The notes below the pieces were generated by a model. It did no database searches and was not told the DNA's origin. It saw only the letters and a program-made list of their open reading frames with translations. The translations under genes and the position numbers were made by a program. DNA of 64,000 bases from Nemertoderma westbladi. Its lineage: Eukaryota > Animalia > Xenacoelomorpha. This document shows positions 49,015 to 62,712 of the stretch, in pieces (the first letter of the stretch is position 1; each line of letters begins with the position of its first letter). Where the stretch lies: assembly GCA_032718475.1 (NCBI GenBank), contig JAUCBJ010007345.1, positions 1-64,000 on the forward strand. Direction: 5' to 3'.

Positions 49015-51335
49015 TCTACCAGTATTGTAATTGTGACTGTTTTTTTTAGTTTTTTTTTTTAGTCTATACAAAGTCGAATGTTAATACCTGGTGGCAGTAA
49101 TTTGTCCTGACTTGTTAGGTCTACAAAAATTGGGGCCACAACGAATTTAACATAATTCCCCCGAATGCCATTCCCAGTAGCGACAGGTACCCCGCCTAGA
49201 TTATTATCTGTATCGTCATAACCACCAGTTCTTAAAATACCGCTTTTTTTGTTAGCATCTGTTAACAGTAATGTCTGAAACGTAGACTTATAGGCGTAGA
49301 ACCCATTCGAGGTTTCAACTAGCTTTTCATTTAGGTACAACAAACAATTCTATAAACAGCGATCCAGCCGGGTAATTGAGATGGTGGAGGGTTGTATCGT
49401 CATTAACCCTATTACCGTCCCACGTAATTTTATATTTAATGTGAAATTTCGAATTCTTTAAATCAGTATATAGAACATTTGACTGGGGTGTAAAGAACTC
49501 TATTTGCCTGGCATTCGCGTCAAGTGTAGAAATCAGGTAGATATCCAAAAAATGTGAAGATGTGTATTCTTGCTGATTTGTTTTACTTGAGAATAATGAT
49601 AATTCTAATTTACTCATTGTTAAGTTACTTGAAAATATCACGACATTTATTATTTCGCTTTTTACGTTTGCGACCAATGTTCATCATACCCACACTTGGG
49701 TATCGCCGTTTCACGCTCCTCTTGTTTTACTTTTTGGGTTTGTAAATTCATTGTATAGCCGTTGGGCGATTTGGCGTGTCTTTGGATGAAGTTCTAACCG
49801 TGTAGCCACTTTATTTATCAAATCATCTGCTTTACTACGTAAAATACGTAATATACATATTAATTAGTAATACATATTATTCTTATTATTCCATACACCA
49901 GTAGAAGGGCCAAACCCGGGGAGAATGCTTCCACCCTTAAAAGCGAGTATATCACTATAATTCCCACTTCCCAGTTGGATTTGTAGGGTGCTATATAATT
50001 TAAACAAATTAGAATCTGACATTATTATTATGAGTATTTATTATAACGTATAATAATAATAATTCTTTACTACATACGTATGTGTAAATCAACAAATAAT
50101 ATAAGTACCACATAATAATACAATATAGTTAATAAATATATACACATTAATTTGATGACAACCATTTCCCATAACCAACCGCGAGTTTCATAGAACAGTA
50201 ATTAAAACAAGAATCTCTATCGAATGGTAGACACAATTTGTTATTGCTGAATAATCATGGAAAAGACATTTGGTGTCATAATCGTCATATTTTTCGTTTA
50301 TGCTGTACGTTTCTAGAAGTGTTCCATTCACATTAAATTCATTTTTTAAAATAAATAATTTCGGTATTCCGTGTATTAATATTTAAAACCCCAACCATTT
50401 CATTTCTTGTAACCATACCTGTATGTACATTTTAAATGCGCTTTGGTCCATAAATCCGTAGTCAAAATTAATGTGATGCGTAATATTGGCGAGTTGTGTG
50501 AGCTGATTGTATTTACTTAAACTTAAAATTTTTGCGGACGGTCCATTAATAAACCATACGTTTTCTAATGATTTTATGGTAGTATTATAAGCCGCAAACT
50601 CTTTAAAATAAATGGTTGCAACAGAGTGTTGGCCGATCTGCGGATGATGCGTCTAATATTGGAAATCTACTATTATTCCGGGGTTTACCAGCGTCGGGTA
50701 ATAATCACGTCCGCGGCTGTGACTTAGAAATATATCCATATAGTCGCTATTACTTCAGATAATCAGATAATAATAAATAATAAATAATTTACATCGATTA
50801 AATTGTGACTATCTCAGTCAATTCGTATAAAATGAACTGTCAATATTGAATTTCCATAATGAAAGCGCAACAGATCACCCGAATCCCCAACCAATTTAGC
50901 CCGTATATAGCTTAAATTAGATGTTACTTTAAGTTTTTTATAATATATTTGTTCGACTTCTCTAGTAGTGACTTCACCGTATTCCCCTTCTAATGGTATG
51001 GTGCGCAACAGCTGATATTCGCTATTGTCCACAAATTGAGATTCAACACAATTAAGGTGAATATTTATGTTAGGGTCTAGTATCTCGACTGCGTCAGGAT
51101 GTTTATGGCACTGGTACTTATTATTCCGTGGATTAATTCTAATTAAATTATAATCTCCAGCGTCGGTTTTTACACACTTGAAACCTAATTTATCAATATC
51201 GTGCTCTATTAATCCTAGGTAACCACCCAAACGTTTGCTGACGAATATTTCCCATTGTTTTCCTCTAAAATGAATAGTTATATCACCTAACCTCGCTCTA
51301 TTATCAACTATATTAATTTGAGCTTTAATAATGCT

Positions 51336-53826
51336 AGTAGTAGGGTAAACAACTTAAATGAAACAGCGTCTGCCATAGTCTACCATGTTAAAGAATTTAC
51401 CGAATGGCTCTTGCCCCACCTACTTACTATGACTACCATTGTTACCCCGCCCACTTACTATGGTTACCATTGTGCATATGTAACATATGTCACCACTGTG
51501 TATATGTGACATATGTGGTATAAGGCCAGTCCACAGACAGAAGTAATTTAATTATATCGCTAAGCAACAAGTTGTGGGGTGAGCCGCAAAGTGAGTGTAA
51601 GGTTATAGTATTTATAATATTATTTTTAATTTGATTATTATACTTAAATCCATCACCCTTACTATTTTAAAATTTCTTCCACCACCTCACCCATTTATCC
51701 CGCTATCCTCGCTATCTACATCCTCCACATTATTATGATTACCACCACCACCACCCAACATCTCCAACATTCCCATCAACATCTCAATCCTTTCTTCCAT
51801 CGCCTTATCCCGCGCACACCTCTCAGCCTCCCTCGCTCTCCTATCCACCTCAGCCGCCATCTCCAACTCCCAATCTTCCCCCCATGCGCTCTTGTTTTTC
51901 TTCGCCCCTTCCTCCATATAATGCTTTTTTTCTATCACCTCCCACTCATTCCTAGGCTCTAAAAATCTCTCCACCCACGCTTCTTCTTTTTCTGTCAAAT
52001 ACATTGCTACCAGTATCATTTCGTTCTCATTATCATCTCCATCCTCCGCAATCTCATCATCCTTGATACTCTCATCATCCTCCACAATCTTATCCTCCGC
52101 AGTCTCATCTTCTCTAACCACATCCATGTATAATAAATAATATGCATAATAATATTAATAACTAACGCTTGTGGTTGTATGTACCACTATAAACTATACA
52201 TAAGATATAATTGCATAATTAACTGCATAGATAATAAACCTAGGTAAAAAGTCTTATATATATAGGACTAAAGTCTATTTCGGCACTTTATTGGGCTCGA
52301 CCCCGGATAACCATGTCTTTATACGCCACGTAGCCGCTGCCAGCATTTCTTCATATTTAATTTCTATCTCGTCACTCTCGGGTAGTTTAACAAATCGGTA
52401 CAGGACATCGCCCTCAAAGTGTGCATTAGTCACCTTCGCATCTCTGATCTCTTGGGTTTCCTTTTCTTTTAACCCTATCCATACCGGGGGGGGGACTTTT
52501 GGAGACGCACTTTATTTGATTGCTTGGTTCAAAGCCAAACCACATTTATTGCAAGTGAAATTCCGTTACTTTTCCTAAAATTTATTATTCTTTATCTTAA
52601 AACAAAAATTAATTTTCATATTATTATTTATGACCATGAAAATGACACGTAAACTGACCTGTCTCTGAAATTGTCATATTATTGCTGAACTATTGTAGGA
52701 GGGAAATTTAAAATTCAATCAATTTAATATAAATTTAAAATCAATTTAAACATAATTATAGGATATAAATATTATATTTGAGCATTAGTGTGTGGCATAT
52801 TTGAAAAGAGGAATAAATTTTGTATCTAAAACTTTTTACTTTAAAGTAATATCATCACACCACACAAAGTTATATGCTTCCAAACTTTACGTCCCCAAAA
52901 GTCCCCCCCCCCCCCCCCCCGGTAGTTTGAGCGTCTAAAGTACCCCGGTATGGATAGGGTTAAGTCAGCAATATGCGCTTTGCAAGTGCCGAAGGATGTT
53001 AATAGGGCTGACTTTTTCTCCAGTTTGTTGGAGTTTATTTGCGGATAGTGGCTTGAAGGGAGTACAATAAAATCCCGAGACACAGCCTGGGATTTAGTCA
53101 CCGACCCCTTCAATGGGGTGGCCCAACTACGAATGAAAGGAGGTATCGACATTGTCACCTGTTGGTTGGTTATTCTACCCAACTCCACCTTACTCTTGAC
53201 AGGAAGTATAATAATAATAATAAATACTGGTAAATGCATGTATAATAAATAAATAAATAAATATATATAACATTTTAATGATATTTATTTCAATCGATAA
53301 TTCATTATACCCACAAATAATAATTTAACCGTTACCGTGACACCGACCAGAAACATGGTCTATTTATATAATAAAGTTTCTACCACTCAAAGATTCACAC
53401 TGAATGTTTATTCTTCTTTATTTGAAGTTGCCCATTAGTCTCGATTTCATTGAAAATGTCTTCACCATCATCCGTATCATTGACGATGTCCTCTTCAAAG
53501 TCGCAGATATCTTCATACGCATAGCTATGTGTTTTATTCACGATGAGATAAATTTTTCGCTTAAGCGCTTGTTCTTTCATGGCTTGAGGTGTTTTCATCT
53601 TCATCAGAGCGCTCACACCCCCAACAAGGGTATCAATATCCTTATAATCATTCTTTTTTACAGCGCTGTCTACCCGTTCATTTTCTGCAATCGCGGGCAA
53701 CCAGATTTTTTTCTCATCCATTTCTTAGCAGTGACTTTTACTGCTTCGTACGTCTTCAGCTGACTAGCGTTGTTCGGCATTTCCACTTTCATTAGATCCT
53801 CGTCCGCTAATTCATCAAACGCAGCC
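51336..53826. mobile_element. Terminal segment of another Maverick-like element with three small minus-strand ORFs (51687-52127 acidic; ~52275-53152 split by a MITE; 53395-53826)
   Basis: AGTAGTAG begins exactly where similarity to the minor-capsid duplicate stops; 51560-51650 resembles 29145-29232. Confidence 0.55.
52473..52959. mobile_element. piggyBac-type MITE (487 bp)
   Basis: TTAA at 52469-52472 and 52960-52963; perfect 17-bp TIR ccctatccataccgggg. Confidence 0.92.
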
Positions 53827-54488
53827 TGTTAGCGTATTCAATTCCGCTAGCCAGCCCCACAAAGTAGGCTTTAAGCAATATTGGGAGCACGAGGTTGATT
53901 ACCAATCAACCTCGTGTCACCCCAATAAACGGGGACAACAGGCCCCAGGGGAACACACACACAGCTGGGGTCAGAGGTTACACCTCCGGGAGAGAGAGAA
54001 TAACAGCAGTGGAGGGGAAACACTCCCAGAGAGATGGGAGGCGAGAAGTGAGTTATTAGCCAATGGGGGGAAAGCATCGACTGAGTAATGTAATGCAGCC
54101 AACGGTGCAATATATATTATCATTTGTTGCGCCAATTCATTCACTTCAGTAAGTCAGTTAGTTAGGACAGTACCAGAACTCTAATCACCATCTCCACCTA
54201 CTGTCAGCAATATTAAGCCATTTTAGCGGTACACTTCAGAAACATTCACTTTAACTGTGCTATATCTTATCTGATTATATCATACCCTTATGTTTATATA
54301 CATCGATCAATCAACAACCAGAACTCTTTTCACATACACACACGGTGGGGACGCGTAGATTAGACACCGGATAAATCGGGATTCTCGGATCCCGTCACAG
54401 TGATTAGAGCCAACAACTGCCCTGAGTAATTAGATCCGAGCAGCTGCCCTAGTAATTAGAACCCAAACACTAGCTGACAGTCAAAGCA

Positions 54489-57400
54489 ATGAGTCGAGAA
54501 GGAGAAACGACACCGCCGCGGACCCCGGACGATGATAAAGACCTAAAGATCCGCGAGGCCGCAACGCGACGGTACCGACCCACAACGCCGGACCCATCGG
54601 TAACGGGCGATCCGGCAATCCAAGATGAGGGGGGCCGTCTACAACTAGAAGACAAGTCGGGAGAGGAGAAAGACGAGTCGACACAGAGCAACGGTCGATG
54701 TGCCAAAGTCACCGGCCAGCCACAGGCAGAGGGCGACGGACGGCCCACCAGAACGGCGACGGTGGGGCCGCCGGTACGACGCCGGACACGGATGGATAGA
54801 GGAGACGTCGGCGACAAAGACGTCGGGGTCAGCAACCGGCTCCGACGGGCCTACGCCGCAACCTGGAAACAGCTAAGAGAAGCCAAAGGAAGGGCCAGGA
54901 TAGACGAGATGAAGTTAAAGAAGCGGCTAGGTGTGTCGAACAAACATTTTGATTACTTAGTGCGCTTTGGGCAGGGAGAGCTAGCCGACGAGAGAGCGAG
55001 AGGGGTTGCCAGCGAACTGTTTGAACTATGGGAATGTAGGGGTATGAAACCTAGCGTAGTGTACGTAGGGCCATACTTAGTCGATGCCCGGGGAGTAAAA
55101 TTGGTGGGTTGGAGGAGACCACACGAGGGCGAATCTGAGGTTAACCCCGAGGATTCGGTCTCGTCGGTTGGAGAAAGTTCCGGGAGGCGGGGGAAAACTA
55201 GTAGGACGGGAAGGCGGAGGGAGTCCGTAGTAATCGATAAGTCCACTACATCCTCAACAAAAGGAAAACGGGTGCGAGAAATAGATCTGGCATGCCAACT
55301 CGATCTGGCGGTGCTAGACCAGAGAGAATTAGAGAGACAATTAGAGGAAGAGAGTGCATTAATAGAGAAGGAGAAAGAACTGGTTAGAAAGAATAGAGAG
55401 AGGGCCGAGAAGGCCGCAAGAAGCTTTAATATGTTTTGAATGTGAGGAAATAGGGAGGATGGAAAGAAAGGAGCGAGAAGAGCATGAGGATGCGAGAGAG
55501 GCAGGACGTAAGGAGCGTGAGATGGCGAGGGAAGTGAGACGGATGGAGAGAGTTGCGAGAGAGGCGGAATTAGCTGATCAGAGTGCGCGGGAGGATCTGG
55601 AGAGAGAGGCAACGGGGAAGCGTGTGCGGGATGATTTACATGCCCGCCTAAGGGGGCTTATTCAATATCAAGCCAAACAGAAGCGCCGACTGGAACTGGC
55701 GCAGATGGGGCTATCAGAGAGCGAGACTGGCTCGAGTATTTACGAGGAGCCAGGAGTTAGGGGAACATTTATTAATACTCCACTTACAGGGACCGCACGA
55801 CAGACCCAAGACTGGTGTGACCATGCGGGCGGGGGGGGGGGGGGGGGGGGCTAATAATAATACAGTAGATAACGTTAATATTAATAGTACCGTATTGGAT
55901 AATTCTAACCAAACTTTTATTGCAGGAAATATTTTACCTAGTAGTAGTAATTTAAATTTAAATATAAATAATTCAAATAATCCGAATAGTCCTAATTCAA
56001 ATAATCTAAATCTGAATTTACAAAATAATTCAAATAATGTAATCACGGAAGATAAATCAAATAATTTAAATCTAAATCCGAATTTACAAAATAATTCAAA
56101 TAATCTTATTTCAAACAAACAAAATAATACCATCTCTGATTTGGGTGTGCAAAATAATTTAATTGAATTGGAAGATTTAATTGATTTAACAGACGGTGTT
56201 AATAGTGGTGCTATTAATGTGAGCGTGGCGGACGCGCAGCGCATAGCCCGGCGAATGAGGGCCTGGTAGGCCGCGTAGTTAGTAGGCCGGAAGTGGCGGG
56301 GTTGAGCCAACCCGAAGGGGGCCTGGTAGGTCGTACAGTTGGTAGGCCGGAAGTTGTGGGGTTGAGCCAACCCGAAGGGGGCCTGGTAGGCCACCTAGTT
56401 AGTAGGCAGGAAGTGGCGGGGTTGAGCCAACCCAAAAGGGGCCTCGTAGGCCATGTAGGTAGTAGGCAGGATGTGGCGGGGTTGAGTCAACCCGAGGGGG
56501 GCCTGGTAGGCCACGCAGTAGTAGAGAGAGAGGCGGGGGTGAATAGACCCAGCCGCAATAGAGATAGTGCGTCGACTCGAGAGGAGTGTAGAAGTGAAGT
56601 AAGAGGTAATGGAGTGATAGGTGGCGAGTGGGGGGGGGGGGGGGGGGCTACAGGAGCCACACAACAAGAAGTTAGCGGCAAGAGGGGGCCGAATTAGGTA
56701 AACCGCAACACCCGGCGACGGGGAGTAATATGGGGATTGCGAGTATCCCCAGTGGTGCACGATCGAGCAGAGAGAGACAGGTTGACGTCGCGAGAGGGCG
56801 GACGAAGCGTCGAGCCCGATCAGAAGAGGGAAGAAGAACAGTGGAGTTTAACCGGGAGGTCGACGGGAGATCTCACGAGCGGGAATACTACACTGGAGAG
56901 AGAAGAAGAGAAGAAAGTAGAAGAAGTGTCGTTGCGAACGACAGGAGAGCGAGGACGGATAGCGAGCCGTCGGTAGTCGAGGTGGAAATGGAGAGTCAGT
57001 GGGGTCGAACTTCGGGAGATTGCCGTCGTCCCGGAGAAACGCGACCTGACGAGGCGCACTACACGCCGATATAGGGGTACGCGATGTACCAATACAAGGA
57101 CGAGAACAGTAGAGGGGGTCGAAGAGAAACTTCCTGGCGGGATCTACCTACCGATCGAGAATACGGTAGCCGCGAGGAGGACTATTCGAAAAGATTAAGC
57201 TTCGATCCCGAGCGACACATACAGACTGCAGGACATACTGTAGGCCTTACTGTACATACTGTAGGCCTTACTGTACATACTATGGGCCATGCTGGGAGAG
57301 ATAATGTAGGCGATAGGATAGCGCGGACGACGGGATTAAACCCGGAAGTCGTGGAGTACATACCGGCAGGTAGGCCAGAAGTTGATAGGCCTATACCGGT

Positions 57401-60400
57401 ACCAGCACAGCAGTATGACTACAGCATGCAAGGACATAACATATAGCCAGGGGAGGGGGGGATTATTGCGGATAGGTGCATGGGCCCCAATATATTAACA
57501 TCAACCCCAGTACCAAACATACCGGTGGGGGGGGGGGGGGGGCAGGGTGACATTCCCCCATCACAATATCAACAATATACCCCAGTAGGAGCAAGAACAA
57601 CAGACCCCTTGGACGAGAATAGATCATGCGACAACGAAATATGGAGGGGGCCGCTACCCCCACTGATATATCCGACGCAAAGGAAGACAGCAAATAGGAT
57701 GAACGGACCGCACCCAACAGGAGAAATTATACAGCATCCATCGAATCCATTGGAGGCACAAGCAATGGGAATGGCTACATTAATCGATGCCTTAAAAACC
57801 AGGATCGAGCTACCACCCGTGGAACCATTCAAATTCGATGGAAGTAGGCCGGAAGAATACCTACAGTTTTGGCGAATGTATAGTAATGAAATATTAACAA
57901 AGAATTTGACGCAGGCGGAGTGCCTAAAGTATCTACAAGTGTATACAGGAGGCCCAGCATACGACATCGTGAGGCAATACCAGGGCATCGAGGGCAGCTT
58001 TACGACAGCATGGCGGGCGCTAGACAGGGAATACAGGCACCCGGCCAAGATCATCCGGCAAACCCTGAGAGGCATAACATCGGGTGGCCTACAGGATAAC
58101 CCCGTTAGCATAAAGACATTCGCTAACAATGTCGAAAAGGCGCTAATCGTGCTAAAGACACTGGACGCGCCATACGAACTCAACGCGTCTAACAACATCA
58201 CTACGATAGTGCAGGCACTACCGATTTGGCTGCGCAATAAGTGGAGAAAAATTGCTTTCACCACTCGAGATAAGAAGGGCGCGGAACCGGGTTTAGAAGA
58301 GATGTCGAGCTTCTTAAACTATGAAGCTGAACTAATAACAGATCCAGTCTATAGTGAGGATAGCCTGGGAAAGGGACCAAGGACCGATTACCACAGGCCG
58401 AAACCAGAGAACAACGCGTCGAATGCATTGCCAAAGCTCAGAGAGTTACTGCCGTACGCAGCGACGCAGGGGACTTCTAGTCCACAAGTAGCCGGGGGTA
58501 AGACCACATCATGGAGTGGACAGGGGAAAAATAACAACACAAATAAACATAACTCCAGCACGCCCAGTAGGCCGAACCCAAACAATAAGAATAGTAGGGA
58601 CTTTGGTACAAATATAAGTGCGATATGCAACGCACTTTATAAGGATGGCTACAACCCAAAGAGCAAATGCCAATTACATACAAATGCACTTCATCAGACC
58701 ATGAACTGCAGGTACTGGCAGGCGCTACCCAGAGAAGATCAGGTAGAATACGTGAGGAGAAATAAAATCTGTTCGCGATGTGTGATGAGTGGACATAGGG
58801 CTAACCAATGCAAGGAAACGCCAATCAAGTTCGGTCAAAATAAAGGTCAGACAATGGCAACAAGCACCGTGGGAGCAAAGAAGAGAGGAACGGTACTACT
58901 TGGGGTAGTACCAGTGCGAGTGATCGGAGAAGGCAATCGATCAGTGACCACACTGATGCTGGTCGACAGTGGTGCAGCCTTCACCTAAGTTGAGGATTGG
59001 GTGGCCGAAGAGATAGGATTGAGAACGAGGCCAAGTAGAATGGCGGTAACAACCATCTCTAGCAAAGATGAGGTACTGGAGATGAGGACCGGACGGTGCG
59101 CGATAGCAGCGGTGGCACCGGGATGCGACTATGGGGCGACCATCGACCCCATCCAGGTGATAGAGTCGATAAATATCAATGCCAGGCGGCCAACCAACAT
59201 CGAGGTCAAACAATATAGATTCCTGGACAGTATCGACTTCTCAATCCCAGAGGTGGACGTTAGGAAGGTATCCATCATAGTAGGAATGGACTGCCCAACG
59301 GCCCACGAGAGAATGCAAACGGTCTTTGGCGAAGACAGGCAGTGTGACCCGGTGGCGATATTAACACCATTCGGGTAGACGCTGATTGGCCCAATTAAGA
59401 GTAAAATACCATTTAGGATGTTGGAGACATCAGGCTGCATGTTCGCGGAAACTATGCGAGAGATGGAGGATGAGGGCTGAGGAGCAGCTCAGGAGACTGC
59501 TCAGGCAGGATTTTGAGGGATTAAAAGAGACCGGGGTTGGAACCTCGGTAGAAGACAAGCAGGCTCTACAGAGCGTAAAGGAGTCGATGACATGCGACGA
59601 GGGGCGGTATACCATAGGGATGGTATGGTAGCTACCGAAGCTACCGCTACCCGACAATAGAGGGATGGTACTCACGAGGCTTCGTAAGTTGAAGCAGACA
59701 CTAAAACGGAGCACCGAGAAGAATGAGTACATCCACGTATATACGTATCCACGCATACAAGGATGGGCCGTAGAACTACCGGTCGACGAACCAAACACGG
59801 ACAGGACCTATTACCTGCCACTCCACGTGGCTCTAGACCCGAAGAAAGGTAAACTGCTGATGGTAGTTGATGCATCAGCTAAAACCAACGGCAAATGCCT
59901 AAACGATTATCTGCTGGAGGGTCCCAACATCTACAACTCAGGGATCGAGGTCCTACTTAGATTCAGGAATGGGAAACACGCCTTCACCTGTGAGATAGAA
60001 GGCATGTTCAACCAAGTCCGTGTGACGGAAGAGGATAGCGACAGCCAACACTTCTTATGGTACAACGGCGATGAGGAACCGTCGACAATACCGATGTACA
60101 AGATGATAGTACAGAATATGGGAGTCAAGTCGTCTTTGTTCACGACGACTATGGCTGTAAGAGACATAGTAAAGGGAAGGGAAGATAAATACAGCGCTAG
60201 GGCCGTCGATATGATTCAACGCGGCTTCTATGTAGACGACGGTATGGAGTCTGGAAACACGGTTAAGGAATTACTGGATACAGGGCGCGAGGTTTGCGAC
60301 ATCCTTAAGGGATCCGGCTTTAACCTAACCAAATTCCAATCCAGATCAGAGGAATTTATCAAGGCCATAAAGGATGAGAGACCAGAATTGACCATGGATA

Positions 60401-62385
60401 ATCCCACGACAGCTAAGGGACAGGACATGGCGACCAAGCAAATAGAGTCCCAACAGAAGGCACTGGGGATCGTGTGGAACAGAGAGACAGATGAGCTGAA
60501 GTACCAATTAAGCCAGGAGGGCGCAGACATCCACACGAAAAGGGGCTATGTGTCGTACATAGCAAGGATATACGATCCCCTAGGCCTAGCATCCCCATTA
60601 TTAGTCACGGGGAAACAGATACTCAAGAGAGTATACAAACTAAAGGATGAGTGGGATGCAGGGATACCAGAGGAGATCAGCAAGCAGTGGTGTAAATGGA
60701 CAGAGAGTTTAGAGCAGATGGGAACATACAGCATGCCACGAGTGTATTTCCCAGGGGAACATGACGAATCTGGATCTACATATGTTCTCCAATGCGTCGT
60801 TAGAGGCATACGGAGTAGCACTCTACTTAGTACAACGAGAGGGGGTTGACAAGCCCAGACTTGCCTTCAGCAAGGCGAAGTCGATGCTACCAGATTCAGC
60901 ATCGGTCCCAAAACTCGAATTGACAGCTGCGAGGCTAGGAGTTAGGGCCACAGCCTACTTAATGGACGCTATTCCCAACATAGTGGAGACACACTACTGG
61001 ACGGTTTCCATGGTAGTGCTTGGTTGGCTACATAACGAAAGGACAAGATACCCTATATTCATCGCAAATAGGGTGGACGAAATAAGGGCGACCACAGAAC
61101 TGGAAAGGTGGCACTACTGCCCAACGGACGAGAACCCAGCGGACTTGTTATTGAGGGGCATGGCACGCCACACTTTCTTGAAGAAGGAAGTATTGTGGCA
61201 ACACGGGCCACAGTTTCTGAACAATAAGGAGGCCTGGCCGCCGATGAGAAAGGTGGACCCGGGCTCAGGAGAAGTAGCGTTAGAGGAAGAAGAGGGAGAT
61301 TCAGAGGGGGAAGATATATATAGCCAAATGGTGAGGGAGATAAGGGACGTGCAACCAAAACCGGGAGAATTGTGCGACAACCCGACGGATAAACTCCTTA
61401 GTTACAGCTCTAGTTGGTACAAGACCAAGAAATTAGTGGCGTACTGTAGAGCCTTCGGGGATTTCCTCAAGGGAGTCAGCAAGGACGTAAAATTTAGAAC
61501 AACCATCGATCTGGAGGGAGCGGCCAAAGCAGTCATCCACTACGAGTAGAGAAAGAACTACAGCAACGAGATGGAACGCGTCGGTAAACAACTGCATCTC
61601 CGATGGGACAGCGAGCTGATAGTGCTGCACCACAACTTAATGATGACGGGATTCTAGTAATGAACTCTAGGGTATTGAACAACAACAGTATTGTAATATC
61701 GCCAAAGCCCATCATCATACCTACTGGATCGCCGATAGTCCACCAGATTATATGGGACTCCCACAAGTTGATATTGCACGGGGACACCAACCGAACCCTC
61801 ACGGAGATACGGAGGACCTTTTGGGTCAAACAGTTGAGGAAGAAGGTAAAGGCGGTAGTGGGGCAGTGCCAGACCTGCCGACGAGAGAAGGAGCGAGCCA
61901 TACAGGAGATGGCACCACTACCGGCGAGTAGGGTAAGACAACATGACCCGCCATTTACGCATTGCGGTATGGATATGTTCGGGCCAATAAAGATTAAGGT
62001 GATGCGACACACGGAGAAACGCTACGGTATTATATTCGTGTGTAACAACACGCGGGCTGTAGGGATAGAACTCGCCCAAGATGCAACCGCATCAGCATTC
62101 ATTAATGCTCTAGAAAGGTTTAGAGACCACAATGGTGGGACGATCGCAGTAATATATTCTGACAGCGGGACCAACTTTGTGGGGGTGCAGAACGAGATGG
62201 CAGAGGCCTTGGATATCCTGGAAGGGGAGGAAGTCAGGGCAGCCATGAGAAGGCGTCAGGTAAAGTGGGAAAGGAGGACGCCGTATGCTCCGCATACCCT
62301 AGGATGCGTCGAGAGACTCGTGGGTAGTTCGAAGCGTCTGATGACGAATGACGTAGGCCAGAATGTGGATTATGAAATAGAGTAA
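54489..62385 (+). pseudogene. BEL/Pao gag-pol with multiple stops and frameshifts; integrase truncated
   Basis: PFKFDG gag, CSRCVMSGHRANQC, LVDSGA protease, YYLPLH, FYVDDG, FSNAS/KLELTAA/NPADL, GMDMFGP and YSDSGTNF. Confidence 0.92.
56258..56540. repeat. 60-bp tandem repeat (~4.5 copies) inside gag
   Basis: ggcctggtaggcc...gggttgagccaacccgaaggg recurs every 60 bp. Confidence 0.92.
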
Positions 62386-62712
62386 TCCATTGGCAATAGT
62401 AAGTAGTAGCACAGTAGTAGGATTGAATTAAATTAAAATATTAAAAATAGAATAGGAAATTATAGAAAATTACAAATTATGGTAACAGTAGGAAAATTAT
62501 TCTGGAACATAATTAAAGTAACGGACAAAATTGCAATCTAGGGTACAATTTGGTAGCTTCAGAATTTAAGTAGTAAAATTTAGGCTATAACTCAGAATTA
62601 AGTAAGGGATAGGCCATTGTCGAACTGTACAGACCATCCTAATCTTATCACTCATCTGTACTGCGACTTGGCAAGGCACCACCTTACAGGTGAGCGAGTG
62701 AGAGAGTTCGAA

